A stretch of DNA of 64,000 nucleotides, taken from Candidatus Woykebacteria bacterium. GTDB taxonomy: Bacteria; Patescibacteriota; Microgenomatia; Woykebacterales; RBG-16-39-9b. Position numbers and translations under genes: made by a program. Shown in pieces: positions 39,201 to 48,148 of this stretch (its first letter is position 1; every line of letters starts with the position of its first letter). The stretch is from positions 116,688 through 180,687 of the forward strand of contig JBBDPM010000001.1 of assembly GCA_040876345.1 (NCBI GenBank), read 5' to 3'. Below the pieces are notes generated by a model. The model had not been told where the DNA came from. It saw only the letters and a list, made by a program, of their open reading frames with translations, and did no database searches.

Positions 39201-39861
39201 TATCATTCCGGCAATTTTAAGCACAACTAGGAGCGACTTTCACCTTCGGTTTAAGGCAGTAGAGCCTTATACGGAGTGGATTCAAATTGATTTTGTCGAC
39301 GGTCGATTTGCCCCGAGCAAGACAGTTGGACCAGAAGTTATTGGGCAATTTAGAACCTCAAAAAAACTGGAAATCCAGCTCATGGTGAACTTTATTGAGG
39401 ATTGGATCGATCCTTTTGTAAAACTCAAGCCAGAGAGAATAATATTTCCAGTCGAGACTGCCCATGACCCGATTGGTATTGTTAATCATCTTCGTCGCCA
39501 CCGAATCCAAGTAGGGTTTTCTCTTAATACTCACACCGAAGTTGGGCGGATGCAGCACCTTGTTGATAAAATAGACTGCGCTGTGCTTCTGGCTGTAAAT
39601 CCGGGGTTCCAGGGACAGAAGTTTTACGAAGGTGTGTATCAAAAAATAAAAGATTTGCGGGCAATGAGAGAGGATCTTTACATCGAGGTTGATGGTGGAC
39701 AGCAGCCAGGGATTGCCCGGAAATGTGCGCAGGCTGGAGCAAAGGCACTTGCTGTCGGGTCATATATTTTAAAAAATGATAAAATAGAAGGAGCAACTTA
39801 CGGAGAAAAGATTAAAAATGCGATAGATGCCCTTAAAGAAGATGTAAAGGGGGTGAGCTAA
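39193..39861 (+). CDS. rpe: Ribulose-phosphate 3-epimerase
   Basis: IIPAIL, D.VDG.F, VNPGFQGQ.F, EVDGG, VGSYI. Confidence 0.9.
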   Translation: MVDIIPAILSTTRSDFHLRFKAVEPYTEWIQIDFVDGRFAPSKTVGPEVIGQFRTSKKLEIQLMVNFIEDWIDPFVKLKPERIIFPVETAHDPIGIVNHLRRHRIQVGFSLNTHTEVGRMQHLVDKIDCAVLLAVNPGFQGQKFYEGVYQKIKDLRAMREDLYIEVDGGQQPGIARKCAQAGAKALAVGSYILKNDKIEGATYGEKIKNAIDALKEDVKGVS

Positions 39862-39862
39862 A

Positions 39863-40318
39863 ATAACGAAAGGTTTAGTCGCAATTGTCGCCATCGTAAT
39901 AATTGGTGCTCTGGGATACTTTTTCTTTATGAAAGACCAAAGTACGACCGAGGAGCCAGCGGCAACCACAACACAACAAACTTCGGGTCAGGAAGCAACC
40001 TTGCCTGATAATGATACTGAGAACGTAGTGGAGCCTGAAAAGACAGAGACAGAAGCTACCATCACCTTTTCAGATTCTGGCTTTAGCCCGGCAAACACTA
40101 CTGTGAAAGCTGGTTCTAAAGTCACATTTGTTAACAATTCTTCTAAAGAAGTTCAGCCAGCAAGTGATCCCCACCCGATCCACACCGCAAACCCCGAGCT
40201 AAATGCCGGGTCGATAGCAGCCGGTAGTTCCAAAACTGTTACTCTGACAAAAACTGGATCATGGGGATACCATAACCATTTAAGTTCTGGCCAAAGAGGC
40301 ACAATAATGGTAGAGTAA
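39863..40318 (+). CDS. Membrane-anchored cupredoxin-domain protein (probable ATA start)
   Basis: FSP..TVKAG.KVTF.N, SDPHP.H, G.WGYHNH. An in-frame TM precedes the first ATG. Confidence 0.8.
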   Translation: MTKGLVAIVAIVIIGALGYFFFMKDQSTTEEPAATTTQQTSGQEATLPDNDTENVVEPEKTETEATITFSDSGFSPANTTVKAGSKVTFVNNSSKEVQPASDPHPIHTANPELNAGSIAAGSSKTVTLTKTGSWGYHNHLSSGQRGTIMVE

Positions 40319-40336
40319 AGTCAGTAACCTGCCCAT

Positions 40337-41218
40337 ATGAAAGTTGGAGAGCCGAAAGAACACATCGAACACGCTCATCTCGAAGTCTTGGAAAAGACCG
40401 CCAATACTATTCGCCAAGACATAATCAAAATGCTCCTCGAGGCAGGTTCCGGTCACTCGGCTGGCCCTTTAGGAATGGCAGACGTTTTCACCGCTCTTTA
40501 TTTTGCCGTTTTAAATCACAATCCCAAAGATCCAGGCTGGAGTGAGCGGGATAAGGTTTTTCTTTCCAATGGCCACATTACCCCTGTTTGGTACGCCACT
40601 TTAGCCAACGCTGGCTATTTTTCCAGAGAAGAAGCAGTGGGAACACTGCGCAAATTAAATACCCGTATGCAAGGTCATCCTCATGTGGGAACTACCCCTG
40701 GGGTTGAAAATACGGGCGGGCCCTTAGGGCAAGGTCTGTCTCAGGCAGTGGGCGCAACACTAGCTACCAAAATGGACGGAAAGAAGAACTGGACTTACTG
40801 CTTAATGAGTGATGGGGAGCATGATGAAGGGCAGATTTGGGAAGCCATTATGTTTGCCGGTAAAAACAAACTTTTTCAACTCACTGGAATTATCGACCGT
40901 AATAATATCCAAATTGATGGTATGACGGAGGATATTATGCCGCTGGAGCCTTTGAAGGATAAATATGAAGCTTTTGGTTGGCACGTGCTGGAAGTCGACG
41001 GCCACAATATTCAAAGAATTATTGAGGCTTGCCAAGAAGCAAAGGCAATTTATGAAAAGCCAGTGATTATAATCGCTCACACGATTCCTGGCAAAGGCGT
41101 TGACTTTATGGAGTTTGAATATTCTTGGCACGGCAAACCGCCTAGGCCGGATGAAGCCAAAAAAGCTTTAGCGGAACTTCGAACTTTGAAAGGGAAAATT
41201 GTTAGTGAGCATGAATGA
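40337..41218 (+). CDS. Transketolase N-terminal subunit
   Basis: SGHSAG, LSNGH, QGHP, DGE.DEGQIWEA, WHGK.P. Confidence 0.95.
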   Translation: MKVGEPKEHIEHAHLEVLEKTANTIRQDIIKMLLEAGSGHSAGPLGMADVFTALYFAVLNHNPKDPGWSERDKVFLSNGHITPVWYATLANAGYFSREEAVGTLRKLNTRMQGHPHVGTTPGVENTGGPLGQGLSQAVGATLATKMDGKKNWTYCLMSDGEHDEGQIWEAIMFAGKNKLFQLTGIIDRNNIQIDGMTEDIMPLEPLKDKYEAFGWHVLEVDGHNIQRIIEACQEAKAIYEKPVIIIAHTIPGKGVDFMEFEYSWHGKPPRPDEAKKALAELRTLKGKIVSEHE

Positions 41219-42191
41219 TGCAAGGTTGAATCCAAAACTTTACGACTCTGAAGTTGAGCAAGTACCGACAAGGGATGGTTATGGTGATGGGGTGGTTGCT
41301 TTGGGAGAAAAGAATCCAAATGTGGTTGTGTTGACTGGAGACCTTGCTGAGTCCACTCGCGCCAATAAATTTCAGGAAAAATTCCCAGATCGTTTTATTG
41401 AATGCGGGGTAGCCGAGCAGAATATGATGGGAATTGCAGCTGGTATGGCCCTCTCCGGAAAAATCCCTTTTGTCTCAAGCTACGCTGTCTTTGTTCCTGG
41501 ACGTTGTTGGGATCAACTCCGAGTATCAGTTTGCTACTCGAAAGCTAATGTAAAAGTCGCCGGTGCTCACGCTGGCATTTCCGTGGGTCCAGATGGAGCA
41601 ACCCACCAAGCGCTTGAAGACGTTGCCTCTGTCCGCGCACTGCCGAACTTAGTTGTACTGGTCCCTTGCGACGTGATTGAGAGTAAAAAAGTAACGATTG
41701 CAGCTGGTGAACACAAAGGACCAGCCTACTTTCGCTTTACCAGGGAAAAGACGCCAGTCATCACCACCGATGAGACACCGTTCAAAATTGGCAAGGCCGA
41801 GGTCTTCAAAGAAGGCAGCGACGTTACAATTGTCGCCTGCGGCCCTTTGGTTTATCAATCATTAGTCGCTGCTAAAGAGCTTGAAAAAGAAGGAATATCG
41901 GCTGAAGTTATCAATAACCACACTATCAAACCAATCGACAAGCTTACTCTTGCCAGCTCGGCTAAGAAAACTGGAGCTGTCATCACCGTCGAAGAACATC
42001 AAATAAACGGTGGCCTTGGTGGTGCTGTTGCCGAAGTTCTTGTTGAAAATTACCCTGTTCCCATGGAGCGAGTCGGCATGCCCGACACCTTTGGCGAAAG
42101 CGGCAAACCCGAGGAGCTTTTGGAAAAATACGGAATGAGTGTTAAGAAGATTAAAGAAGCAGTGAAAGGTGTGTTGAAAAGAAAAAACTGA
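41211..42191 (+). CDS. Transketolase C-terminal subunit
   Basis: GVAEQNM, GPDGATHQ, TVEEH..GGLG, DTFGESG. Confidence 0.95.
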   Translation: MNDARLNPKLYDSEVEQVPTRDGYGDGVVALGEKNPNVVVLTGDLAESTRANKFQEKFPDRFIECGVAEQNMMGIAAGMALSGKIPFVSSYAVFVPGRCWDQLRVSVCYSKANVKVAGAHAGISVGPDGATHQALEDVASVRALPNLVVLVPCDVIESKKVTIAAGEHKGPAYFRFTREKTPVITTDETPFKIGKAEVFKEGSDVTIVACGPLVYQSLVAAKELEKEGISAEVINNHTIKPIDKLTLASSAKKTGAVITVEEHQINGGLGGAVAEVLVENYPVPMERVGMPDTFGESGKPEELLEKYGMSVKKIKEAVKGVLKRKN

Positions 42192-42470
42192 ATGAAAATT
42201 GCGGTTTTGATTTTCGTAATTTTATCCTCACCAGTGATACTTTATTTTCCCTTTCTACTCCACGGCTTGGGTGGTGGGGGACCGGTGCCATTGGAGTTTA
42301 AAATCATTTATCTTGTAACTTTCACCTCATTAATAACATCGATAATTTCCTTTTTCTTTGTGAACAAAAACAAGTTTTTTCGATTTTTGCTTATGTCTTC
42401 GTTCGTAGCAATTTTAGTCGAATTAATGCTAATTATTTTCACAGTCGTTCTCGGAAATATTTTTTGGTAA
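42192..42470 (+). CDS. Hypothetical membrane protein
   Basis: 92 aa, three TM segments. Confidence 0.65.
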   Translation: MKIAVLIFVILSSPVILYFPFLLHGLGGGGPVPLEFKIIYLVTFTSLITSIISFFFVNKNKFFRFLLMSSFVAILVELMLIIFTVVLGNIFW

Positions 42471-42487
42471 AAAAGTCTTTTTAACTT

Positions 42488-42523
42488 GTGAGTGGGTACG
42501 ACTGGATAGGAAAAGGTGAACAA
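42488..42523 (+). repeat. Highly decayed copy of the fba 5' end
   Basis: GTG AGT GGG TAC GAC TGG ATA GGA AAA GGT GAA CAA versus fba ATG ACT GCC CAC GAC TGG CTC GAA AAA GCA AAA AAA; 24/36 identical, ungapped, counted by hand. Confidence 0.5.
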
Positions 42524-42954
42524 TGAAAATATCATTTTTAATTTGGACACTTGTAATAATTTTCTTTTGGGGCTTGTGGGGATTATTCAGCAAAATTGCT
42601 GCCAACAAACTCGGTTTGCAATCGGCCCTTTGGGGTGCTTTCATAACTTTTCCTATAATAATGGTTGGTTACTTACTTGTGTCTAAGCAGATCTACCCGT
42701 TGAATCTAGATAAAGCTGGGATTTTTTACAGTTTAGCCGGGGGTGTAGTCGGGGCAATCGGCACAATAATTTTTATACCACTTCTCAAGCAGGAACAGGC
42801 GTCGATTTTGATACCAATTACCGCGCTGTACCCCGCGGTCACCGTTGTCTTAGCCATATTATTCTTGCACGAAAAACTAACTCTTCCTCAGATCGGCGGA
42901 ATAATACTGGCACTGGGCTCTATTTTTCTGGTAAGCTTATCTGGTAAATCATGA
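42523..42954 (+). CDS. EamA/DMT-family transporter (single domain)
   Basis: FWGLWG..SK.A, P.TALYP.VTV.LA..FL.E.LT..Q..G. Confidence 0.88.
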   Translation: MKISFLIWTLVIIFFWGLWGLFSKIAANKLGLQSALWGAFITFPIIMVGYLLVSKQIYPLNLDKAGIFYSLAGGVVGAIGTIIFIPLLKQEQASILIPITALYPAVTVVLAILFLHEKLTLPQIGGIILALGSIFLVSLSGKS

Positions 42955-42996
42955 ATGCTTAAAATTGGCTCGAAAGAGCAAAAGGGGAAGTTTTGC
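42946..42996 (+). repeat. Decayed copy of the fba 5' end
   Basis: 40/52 identity to 43699-43750, counted by hand; reads MNA*NWLERAKGE versus MTAHDWLEKAKKE. Confidence 0.85.
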
Positions 42997-43043
42997 GAGC
43001 CAGTTTTGACATAAATATGCGTTTATGATAATGTGAGTTTGCT

Positions 43044-43267
43044 ATGGAAAAAACTAGGACTACGGTGGAGCTTGATAAAGCGCTTCTGAAAAAGGCTAAA
43101 CAAAAGGCGATCGAGGAGGATAAGACTTTAAAGAAATTTTCGAAGAAGGACTTAAGGTGAGGTTGGAAAGGAAAAAGCATAAGGGAAGAAAAGTCCAGTT
43201 CAAAGCCTATCACTTAGGGGAGATAAAGGGTACGTTGAGCAGAGAAGAAATTTATGATCGGCTCTGA
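43044..43267 (+). pseudogene. VapB-like antitoxin, split by a -1 frameshift
   Basis: MEKTRTTVELDKALLKKAKQKAIEEDKTLK, then in the -1 frame EIFEEGLK...FKAYHLGEIKGTLSREEIYDRL; resembles 25146-25388. Confidence 0.75.
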
Positions 43268-43707
43268 TGAGACTGTACTTTTCGATTCAAATATTCTAAT
43301 CTTCGCTCATAACATCGACTCACCGTTTTATCAAGAAGCGAATAGACTACAAGAGCAGGTCAACAACGGTTTGTTAAAAGGAGTGATTGCTAACCAGAAT
43401 CTGCTGGAATTCTATTCGGAGATCACTAATCCGAACATTATCAAAACACCTTTGTCTCCAGAGCGCACTCTTGATGAGATTAAAAAGTACCTAGATTCCC
43501 CATTTGAAGTAGTTTTTCCTAGCGGAGAAGAACTTGGTGCTGTTGATCTTCTAATAAGGGATAAGAATTTAATGGGCAGGAAAGTTTTTGACGTCTATTT
43601 ATTGGCTACAATGCTTGCTAATGGGGTTTATACTATCTATAACGCAGAATGAAAAAGATTTTAAAATATTTAAAGAAATAAAAGTTATTAACCCATTCAA
43701 ATCATGA
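43254..43707 (+). pseudogene. PIN/VapC toxin frameshifted near its C-terminus
   Basis: LFDSNILIFAH...VFDVYL. An extra nt near 43641 moves the TQNEKDFKIF...INPFKS tail into another frame. Confidence 0.8.
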
Positions 43708-44570
43708 CTGCCCACGACTGGCTCGAAAAAGCAAAAAAAGAAGGCTTTGCAATACCAGCGTTAAATGTTGGGACGCTGGAAACTTTTAAGGGAATTGTTG
43801 AAGCTTGTGTGGAAGTTAAGTCACCCGTAATTATCGAATCCTCCACCGGTGAAACTAAGTGGATGGAAGGCGAGAATGTGGCAAGTATTTCAAGAAACCT
43901 CTCTAAGAAATACAATGTCCCGATTATCGTTAATCTTGATCACGCCTACACTTATGAAGATACTCGGCCCGGGTTTGCGGCAAAGTACGATCTTATTCAT
44001 TTTGACGGCTCCAAACTTCCTTATGAGGAAAATGTGGAAGTTTGCAAAAGAATTGTTCCCGAAGCCCACGAGATGGGAGCCCTTGTTGAGGGTGAAATTG
44101 ATAGAATCCAGGGGGAGGGGTCTGAAGTTCACGAGGGCCAAACAGTTGATCAAGCCGTAATTAACGCCGGAAAAAGTAATCCTGAGAAATCGGCTAAGTT
44201 TGTTGCTGAGACTGGGGTGGATATCTACGCTTCTTTCTTTGGCAATGTTCACGGTATTTTCCCAGGGTACACTCCTCAGCTCGATTTAGGTTTACTAAAA
44301 AGAATTCAGCAGGCTATCCCAAATACTTTCCTTTCCATGCACGGCTCTTCCGGTACCCCTAAGGATCAGGTGAAAGCAGCGGTTGCTGCCGAAATTGTCA
44401 AGGTCAACGTCAACACCGAGATTCGTTTAGCCTACAGACAGTCCCTAGAAAAATCCCTTGCTGAGCACAAAGAAATTGCGATGTATAAAGTTTTCCCGCC
44501 TGTGGTAGAAGCTGTTAAACAAGAAGCTCTTCAGTGGATTGATTGGTGCGGATCAGCTGGTAAATTGTAG
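43704..44570 (+). CDS. fba: Class II fructose-bisphosphate aldolase
   Basis: FAIPALNV, NLDH, HFDGS.LP.EEN, GNVHG, MHGSSG, KVNVNTE. Confidence 0.93.
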   Translation: MTAHDWLEKAKKEGFAIPALNVGTLETFKGIVEACVEVKSPVIIESSTGETKWMEGENVASISRNLSKKYNVPIIVNLDHAYTYEDTRPGFAAKYDLIHFDGSKLPYEENVEVCKRIVPEAHEMGALVEGEIDRIQGEGSEVHEGQTVDQAVINAGKSNPEKSAKFVAETGVDIYASFFGNVHGIFPGYTPQLDLGLLKRIQQAIPNTFLSMHGSSGTPKDQVKAAVAAEIVKVNVNTEIRLAYRQSLEKSLAEHKEIAMYKVFPPVVEAVKQEALQWIDWCGSAGKL

Positions 44571-44578
44571 CCTCTCCT

Positions 44579-45082
44579 ATGAAAAAGCCGGCCCTAATAA
44601 AAGCTTTAGGTTGGTTATATTTGGTAGTTTTTTTAAGTTTCGTTGGAATGGTTATTCTTCTTCACGCTATCCCCAAACCTTTCTTGGACATAATTCGTAT
44701 GCCGACATTTATCCGGGCCGCTGAGCCCTATTTAGGATTTAGCTACACTCCTTCGCTACACGTTTATCAGGCTACCCTTCTATTTTTTATTTTTTTAGTG
44801 TTGGTGGATAGCTTAAGTTTGTTTAATTTATCATCAAAGATCATGAAAAAAGCTTCCGCCCTCTCCTCCTTTGTTGGTTTTATTCTAATTGGCACAGTGT
44901 TCTTTTATTTCCTCTACGCTTTAGCTACAGTCGGTGTAGCAAGTTCTCTTACTAAAACGATATTAATTTATTTACTACTAACGAGCTTTCTAATGTCCTT
45001 GGATTTATTTACCTTTGTTATCGATGAAGAGCTAATCTATCATTTGCCTTTAGCTGGTAAAGGAAGGGATAGAAAAGATTAG
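44579..45082 (+). CDS. Hypothetical membrane protein
   Basis: Four TM segments. Confidence 0.7.
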   Translation: MKKPALIKALGWLYLVVFLSFVGMVILLHAIPKPFLDIIRMPTFIRAAEPYLGFSYTPSLHVYQATLLFFIFLVLVDSLSLFNLSSKIMKKASALSSFVGFILIGTVFFYFLYALATVGVASSLTKTILIYLLLTSFLMSLDLFTFVIDEELIYHLPLAGKGRDRKD

Positions 45083-45104
45083 CTAAAAACGTTATATTGA
45101 ATTT

Positions 45105-46091
45105 ATGCACGATATTATTACCGTTGGGGACGCCACAATTGATACTTTCATAAAGATCCACGATGCTCATGTGCAGTGTAGTATAAATAAAGAAGACTGC
45201 CAGCTTTGCGTTAATTATGGAGATAAAATTGCGGTCGATGAAATCAAGCATTTGGTGGCGGGAAACGCTGCTAATAATGCAGTAGGAAGCGCTCGTCTTG
45301 GCCTGAAAGACGCTATCTACGTAAACGTGGGTGAGGACGATTCTGGGACAAGAATCAAGAATAAGCTAGAAGAAGAAGGGGTAGATTGCACCTACATCAC
45401 CACTAACAAAGGAATAGATTCCAATTATTCGGCAGTGATTAATTTTGAAGGGGAGCGAACTATCTTTGTTTACCATCAACCCTGGCAATACCGACTTCCA
45501 AAACTCTCTCCTGCTAAATGGGTTTACTACACGTCTGCTTCAGAAAGTTTTTCTAACAGCACCCTTAGTAAAGATCTTGCCGATTACGTAAAAGAGGCCG
45601 GAGCAAAAATGCTCTACAACCCAGGAACTTATCAAATAAGGACAGGGGTAAAAAAATATCCGGAAATACTGCAAGAGTGCACGGTGTTTAATGTGAATAA
45701 AGAGGAAGCAAAGAAGATTTTGGAAATAGCCTCGGAAAAAGAGATTGGTATGAAAGAACTCCTAAAAAAGACTCGGGACGATCTTGGGGTTGAGAGTGTT
45801 TTGATCACCGACGGCCGAGACGGATCGTATTCTTTCGACGGCAAGGATTATTATAAATTACCAGAGTTTCCTGGAGAGCGTGTAGAAGCTACTGGAGCAG
45901 GAGATTCTTTTGCTACAGCTCTGGTGGCGGCCCTTTTCTACGGGCTGCCTCTTTCTGAAGGAATGGTTTGGGGCTCTATTAACGGTGCTTACGTTGTCAA
46001 ACAAGTTGGTCCACAAGCCGGTCTCTTGCACAGACACGAGATGGAAAAAATTCGCGCCGAAAGTCCTGACTTCAAAGCTGAAAAGTTTTAA
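45105..46091 (+). CDS. PfkB-family carbohydrate kinase
   Basis: GNAANNAVG.ARLG, N.EEA, ITDG, ATGAGDSF. Confidence 0.92.
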   Translation: MHDIITVGDATIDTFIKIHDAHVQCSINKEDCQLCVNYGDKIAVDEIKHLVAGNAANNAVGSARLGLKDAIYVNVGEDDSGTRIKNKLEEEGVDCTYITTNKGIDSNYSAVINFEGERTIFVYHQPWQYRLPKLSPAKWVYYTSASESFSNSTLSKDLADYVKEAGAKMLYNPGTYQIRTGVKKYPEILQECTVFNVNKEEAKKILEIASEKEIGMKELLKKTRDDLGVESVLITDGRDGSYSFDGKDYYKLPEFPGERVEATGAGDSFATALVAALFYGLPLSEGMVWGSINGAYVVKQVGPQAGLLHRHEMEKIRAESPDFKAEKF

Positions 46092-46133
46092 CTACTTCCA
46101 AAATTTCCCGACAATATCTATAATAAAGTTCAT

Positions 46134-46382
46134 ATGAAAGTTACTATTTACACAACTACCACGTGCCCGTACTGCAAGATGGAAAAAGATTACTTTGATG
46201 AGAAGGGCGTGAAGTACGAAAATGTCTTTGTTGATCAAGATGCGAAGAAGGCCCAAGAGATGATGGAGCTTTCCGGACAACTTGGGGTGCCCTTTACAGT
46301 GATTGAAAAAGATGACGGTTCCGAAGAAAAAATTCTTGGGTTCGACAAGGAAAAATTAAACTTAGCATTAAATTTATCGTAA
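46134..46382 (+). CDS. Glutaredoxin/NrdH-like redoxin
   Basis: CPYC, SGQLGVP. Confidence 0.92.
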   Translation: MKVTIYTTTTCPYCKMEKDYFDEKGVKYENVFVDQDAKKAQEMMELSGQLGVPFTVIEKDDGSEEKILGFDKEKLNLALNLS

Positions 46383-46414
46383 TTTCCAAAAGTTTACACT
46401 AACCGAGTTGACGT

Positions 46415-47044
46415 ATGGGTAAAAAACCAGATGTTTCTGAGCTTTCTAAAAAAGAGAGAAAAGAATTTCTTAAAGACTTTAGGAAATCTGAAGAGCAAAG
46501 GGATAAAGTTAAATCAAACGTTACAAAAATAGTAATAGCAGTCGTGATGTTGGCAGTTTTAGGAGGGTTGGGTTACTTATTTTTGACAGCCGATCAAGGC
46601 TCAGCCGTTATGGGGGAAGAGATAACAATCCAGAGCAGAGACCATATTAATCCGGGAACGCCCCATCCAAGTTATAATTCAAATCCACCAACCTCCGGCC
46701 CACATTGGCCAACCCCTCAGACTTGTGATATATACAATGAGCCAGTGGCAGATGAATCTGCGATCCACAGCTTAGAGCACGGGGCCGTTTGGATAACTTA
46801 CAAAGACAAGGACGATACGGATCTCGCCGGAAAATTGAAAGCTATTGTCGAAAAAAACAAAGCTAAAGTGCTTCTTTCACCAAGGCCGGAAAATGATTCC
46901 AAGATTGCTCTTTCCTCTTGGGGAAGGCTTATGAAGCTCTCTGATTTTGATGAAAATCAAATCAGCCAATTTATAAAATCAAACCGGAACAATTCTCCAG
47001 AGCCTCTTGCTGCTTGCCAAGGCACCAACCAAACTCGACAATGA
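46415..47044 (+). CDS. DUF3105-like membrane-anchored protein
   Basis: YNSNPPTSGPHW, HSLEHGAVWI.Y, SWGR. Confidence 0.85.
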   Translation: MGKKPDVSELSKKERKEFLKDFRKSEEQRDKVKSNVTKIVIAVVMLAVLGGLGYLFLTADQGSAVMGEEITIQSRDHINPGTPHPSYNSNPPTSGPHWPTPQTCDIYNEPVADESAIHSLEHGAVWITYKDKDDTDLAGKLKAIVEKNKAKVLLSPRPENDSKIALSSWGRLMKLSDFDENQISQFIKSNRNNSPEPLAACQGTNQTRQ

Positions 47045-48108
47045 TTTTAGATAATATCGAAGAAATAAAAAAACTAGATAAAAAACAAGTTGCTCTCTCA
47101 ATCGAGAGACTACCAGATCAGTTGGAGCAAGCATGGCTTGAGGCCTTAAGCGTAAGTTTCCCGGACTCCTACAAACAAGTAAAAAACATTTTGGTCGATG
47201 GAATGGGTGGGTCTGGGCTTGGCCCAGAGATCGTAAACACTGTTTTTAAAGACAAAATCAACGTGCCGATGACTTTGATTCACGATTATCACTTGCCTGC
47301 TTTTGTCGATGGAGACACGCTAGTTTTGATCTCCAGTTACTCAGGAAATACCGAGGAGCCCCTAAATGCTGGAGAAGAGGCACTAGCTAAAAACTACAAA
47401 GTTGCCGGTATAACGGAAGGCGGAAAACTAGCCGAGTTTCTAAAGGTCAACAAGCTCCCTGGATTTGTTTTTAATGCTCCGTATAACCCATCACATCAGC
47501 CGCGTCTTGGTCTTGGCTACCAAGTCGGTGGGATTTTAGGGATGTTTAGGTCACTGGGATTTATAAATATAAGTGATGAAGAAATGGACAGAGTTCTGTT
47601 TTGTAGTCGGGAGCTGAATCAAAAACTATCTCCGGGCTCCCCAACTTCAGAAAACTTCGCTAAGGAACTCGCCACAAAAATTCAGGGAAATATTGTCGTA
47701 GTAATAGCTGCCGAGCCCTTATCTGCTAACGCCCATGTTTTTGCAAATCACCTAAATGAAACTTCAAAGACTTTCTCAACCTACTTTATAATTCCGGAGC
47801 TTAACCATCATCTTTTGGAAGGGTTAAATAAGCCGGCTGGTTTAGGGGAAAGGCTCAAAGTGATTGTACTTGAATCCGATCTTTATTCAGACAAAATTAA
47901 AAAAAGAGTTCAAATCACTAAGGATATAATTGAAAAGCAAAAAATCGAGACTATCTCGGTTAAAATTGAGGGTGACACGGCTCTCATTCAAGCGTTTGAG
48001 GCCCTTTTAGTAAGTTCCTGGACGACGTTTTACTTAGCAATCTTGAATGGATTCGATCCGTCCGAAATTCCTTGGGTGGATTATTTCAAAGAACAACTAG
48101 CAAAATAA
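47041..48108 (+). CDS. Bifunctional phosphoglucose/phosphomannose isomerase (SIS domain)
   Basis: GMGGSG, SSYSGNTEE, QPR, NE.SK, PELNHH. Confidence 0.92.
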   Translation: MILDNIEEIKKLDKKQVALSIERLPDQLEQAWLEALSVSFPDSYKQVKNILVDGMGGSGLGPEIVNTVFKDKINVPMTLIHDYHLPAFVDGDTLVLISSYSGNTEEPLNAGEEALAKNYKVAGITEGGKLAEFLKVNKLPGFVFNAPYNPSHQPRLGLGYQVGGILGMFRSLGFINISDEEMDRVLFCSRELNQKLSPGSPTSENFAKELATKIQGNIVVVIAAEPLSANAHVFANHLNETSKTFSTYFIIPELNHHLLEGLNKPAGLGERLKVIVLESDLYSDKIKKRVQITKDIIEKQKIETISVKIEGDTALIQAFEALLVSSWTTFYLAILNGFDPSEIPWVDYFKEQLAK

Positions 48109-48148
48109 ATTTCCTCGGAAATAGTGACTTATCTGTTAAACTACAATT

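Noticed and set aside
42959-43213. 84-aa minus-strand ORF
   Set aside because: Shadow of the frameshifted plus-strand antitoxin.
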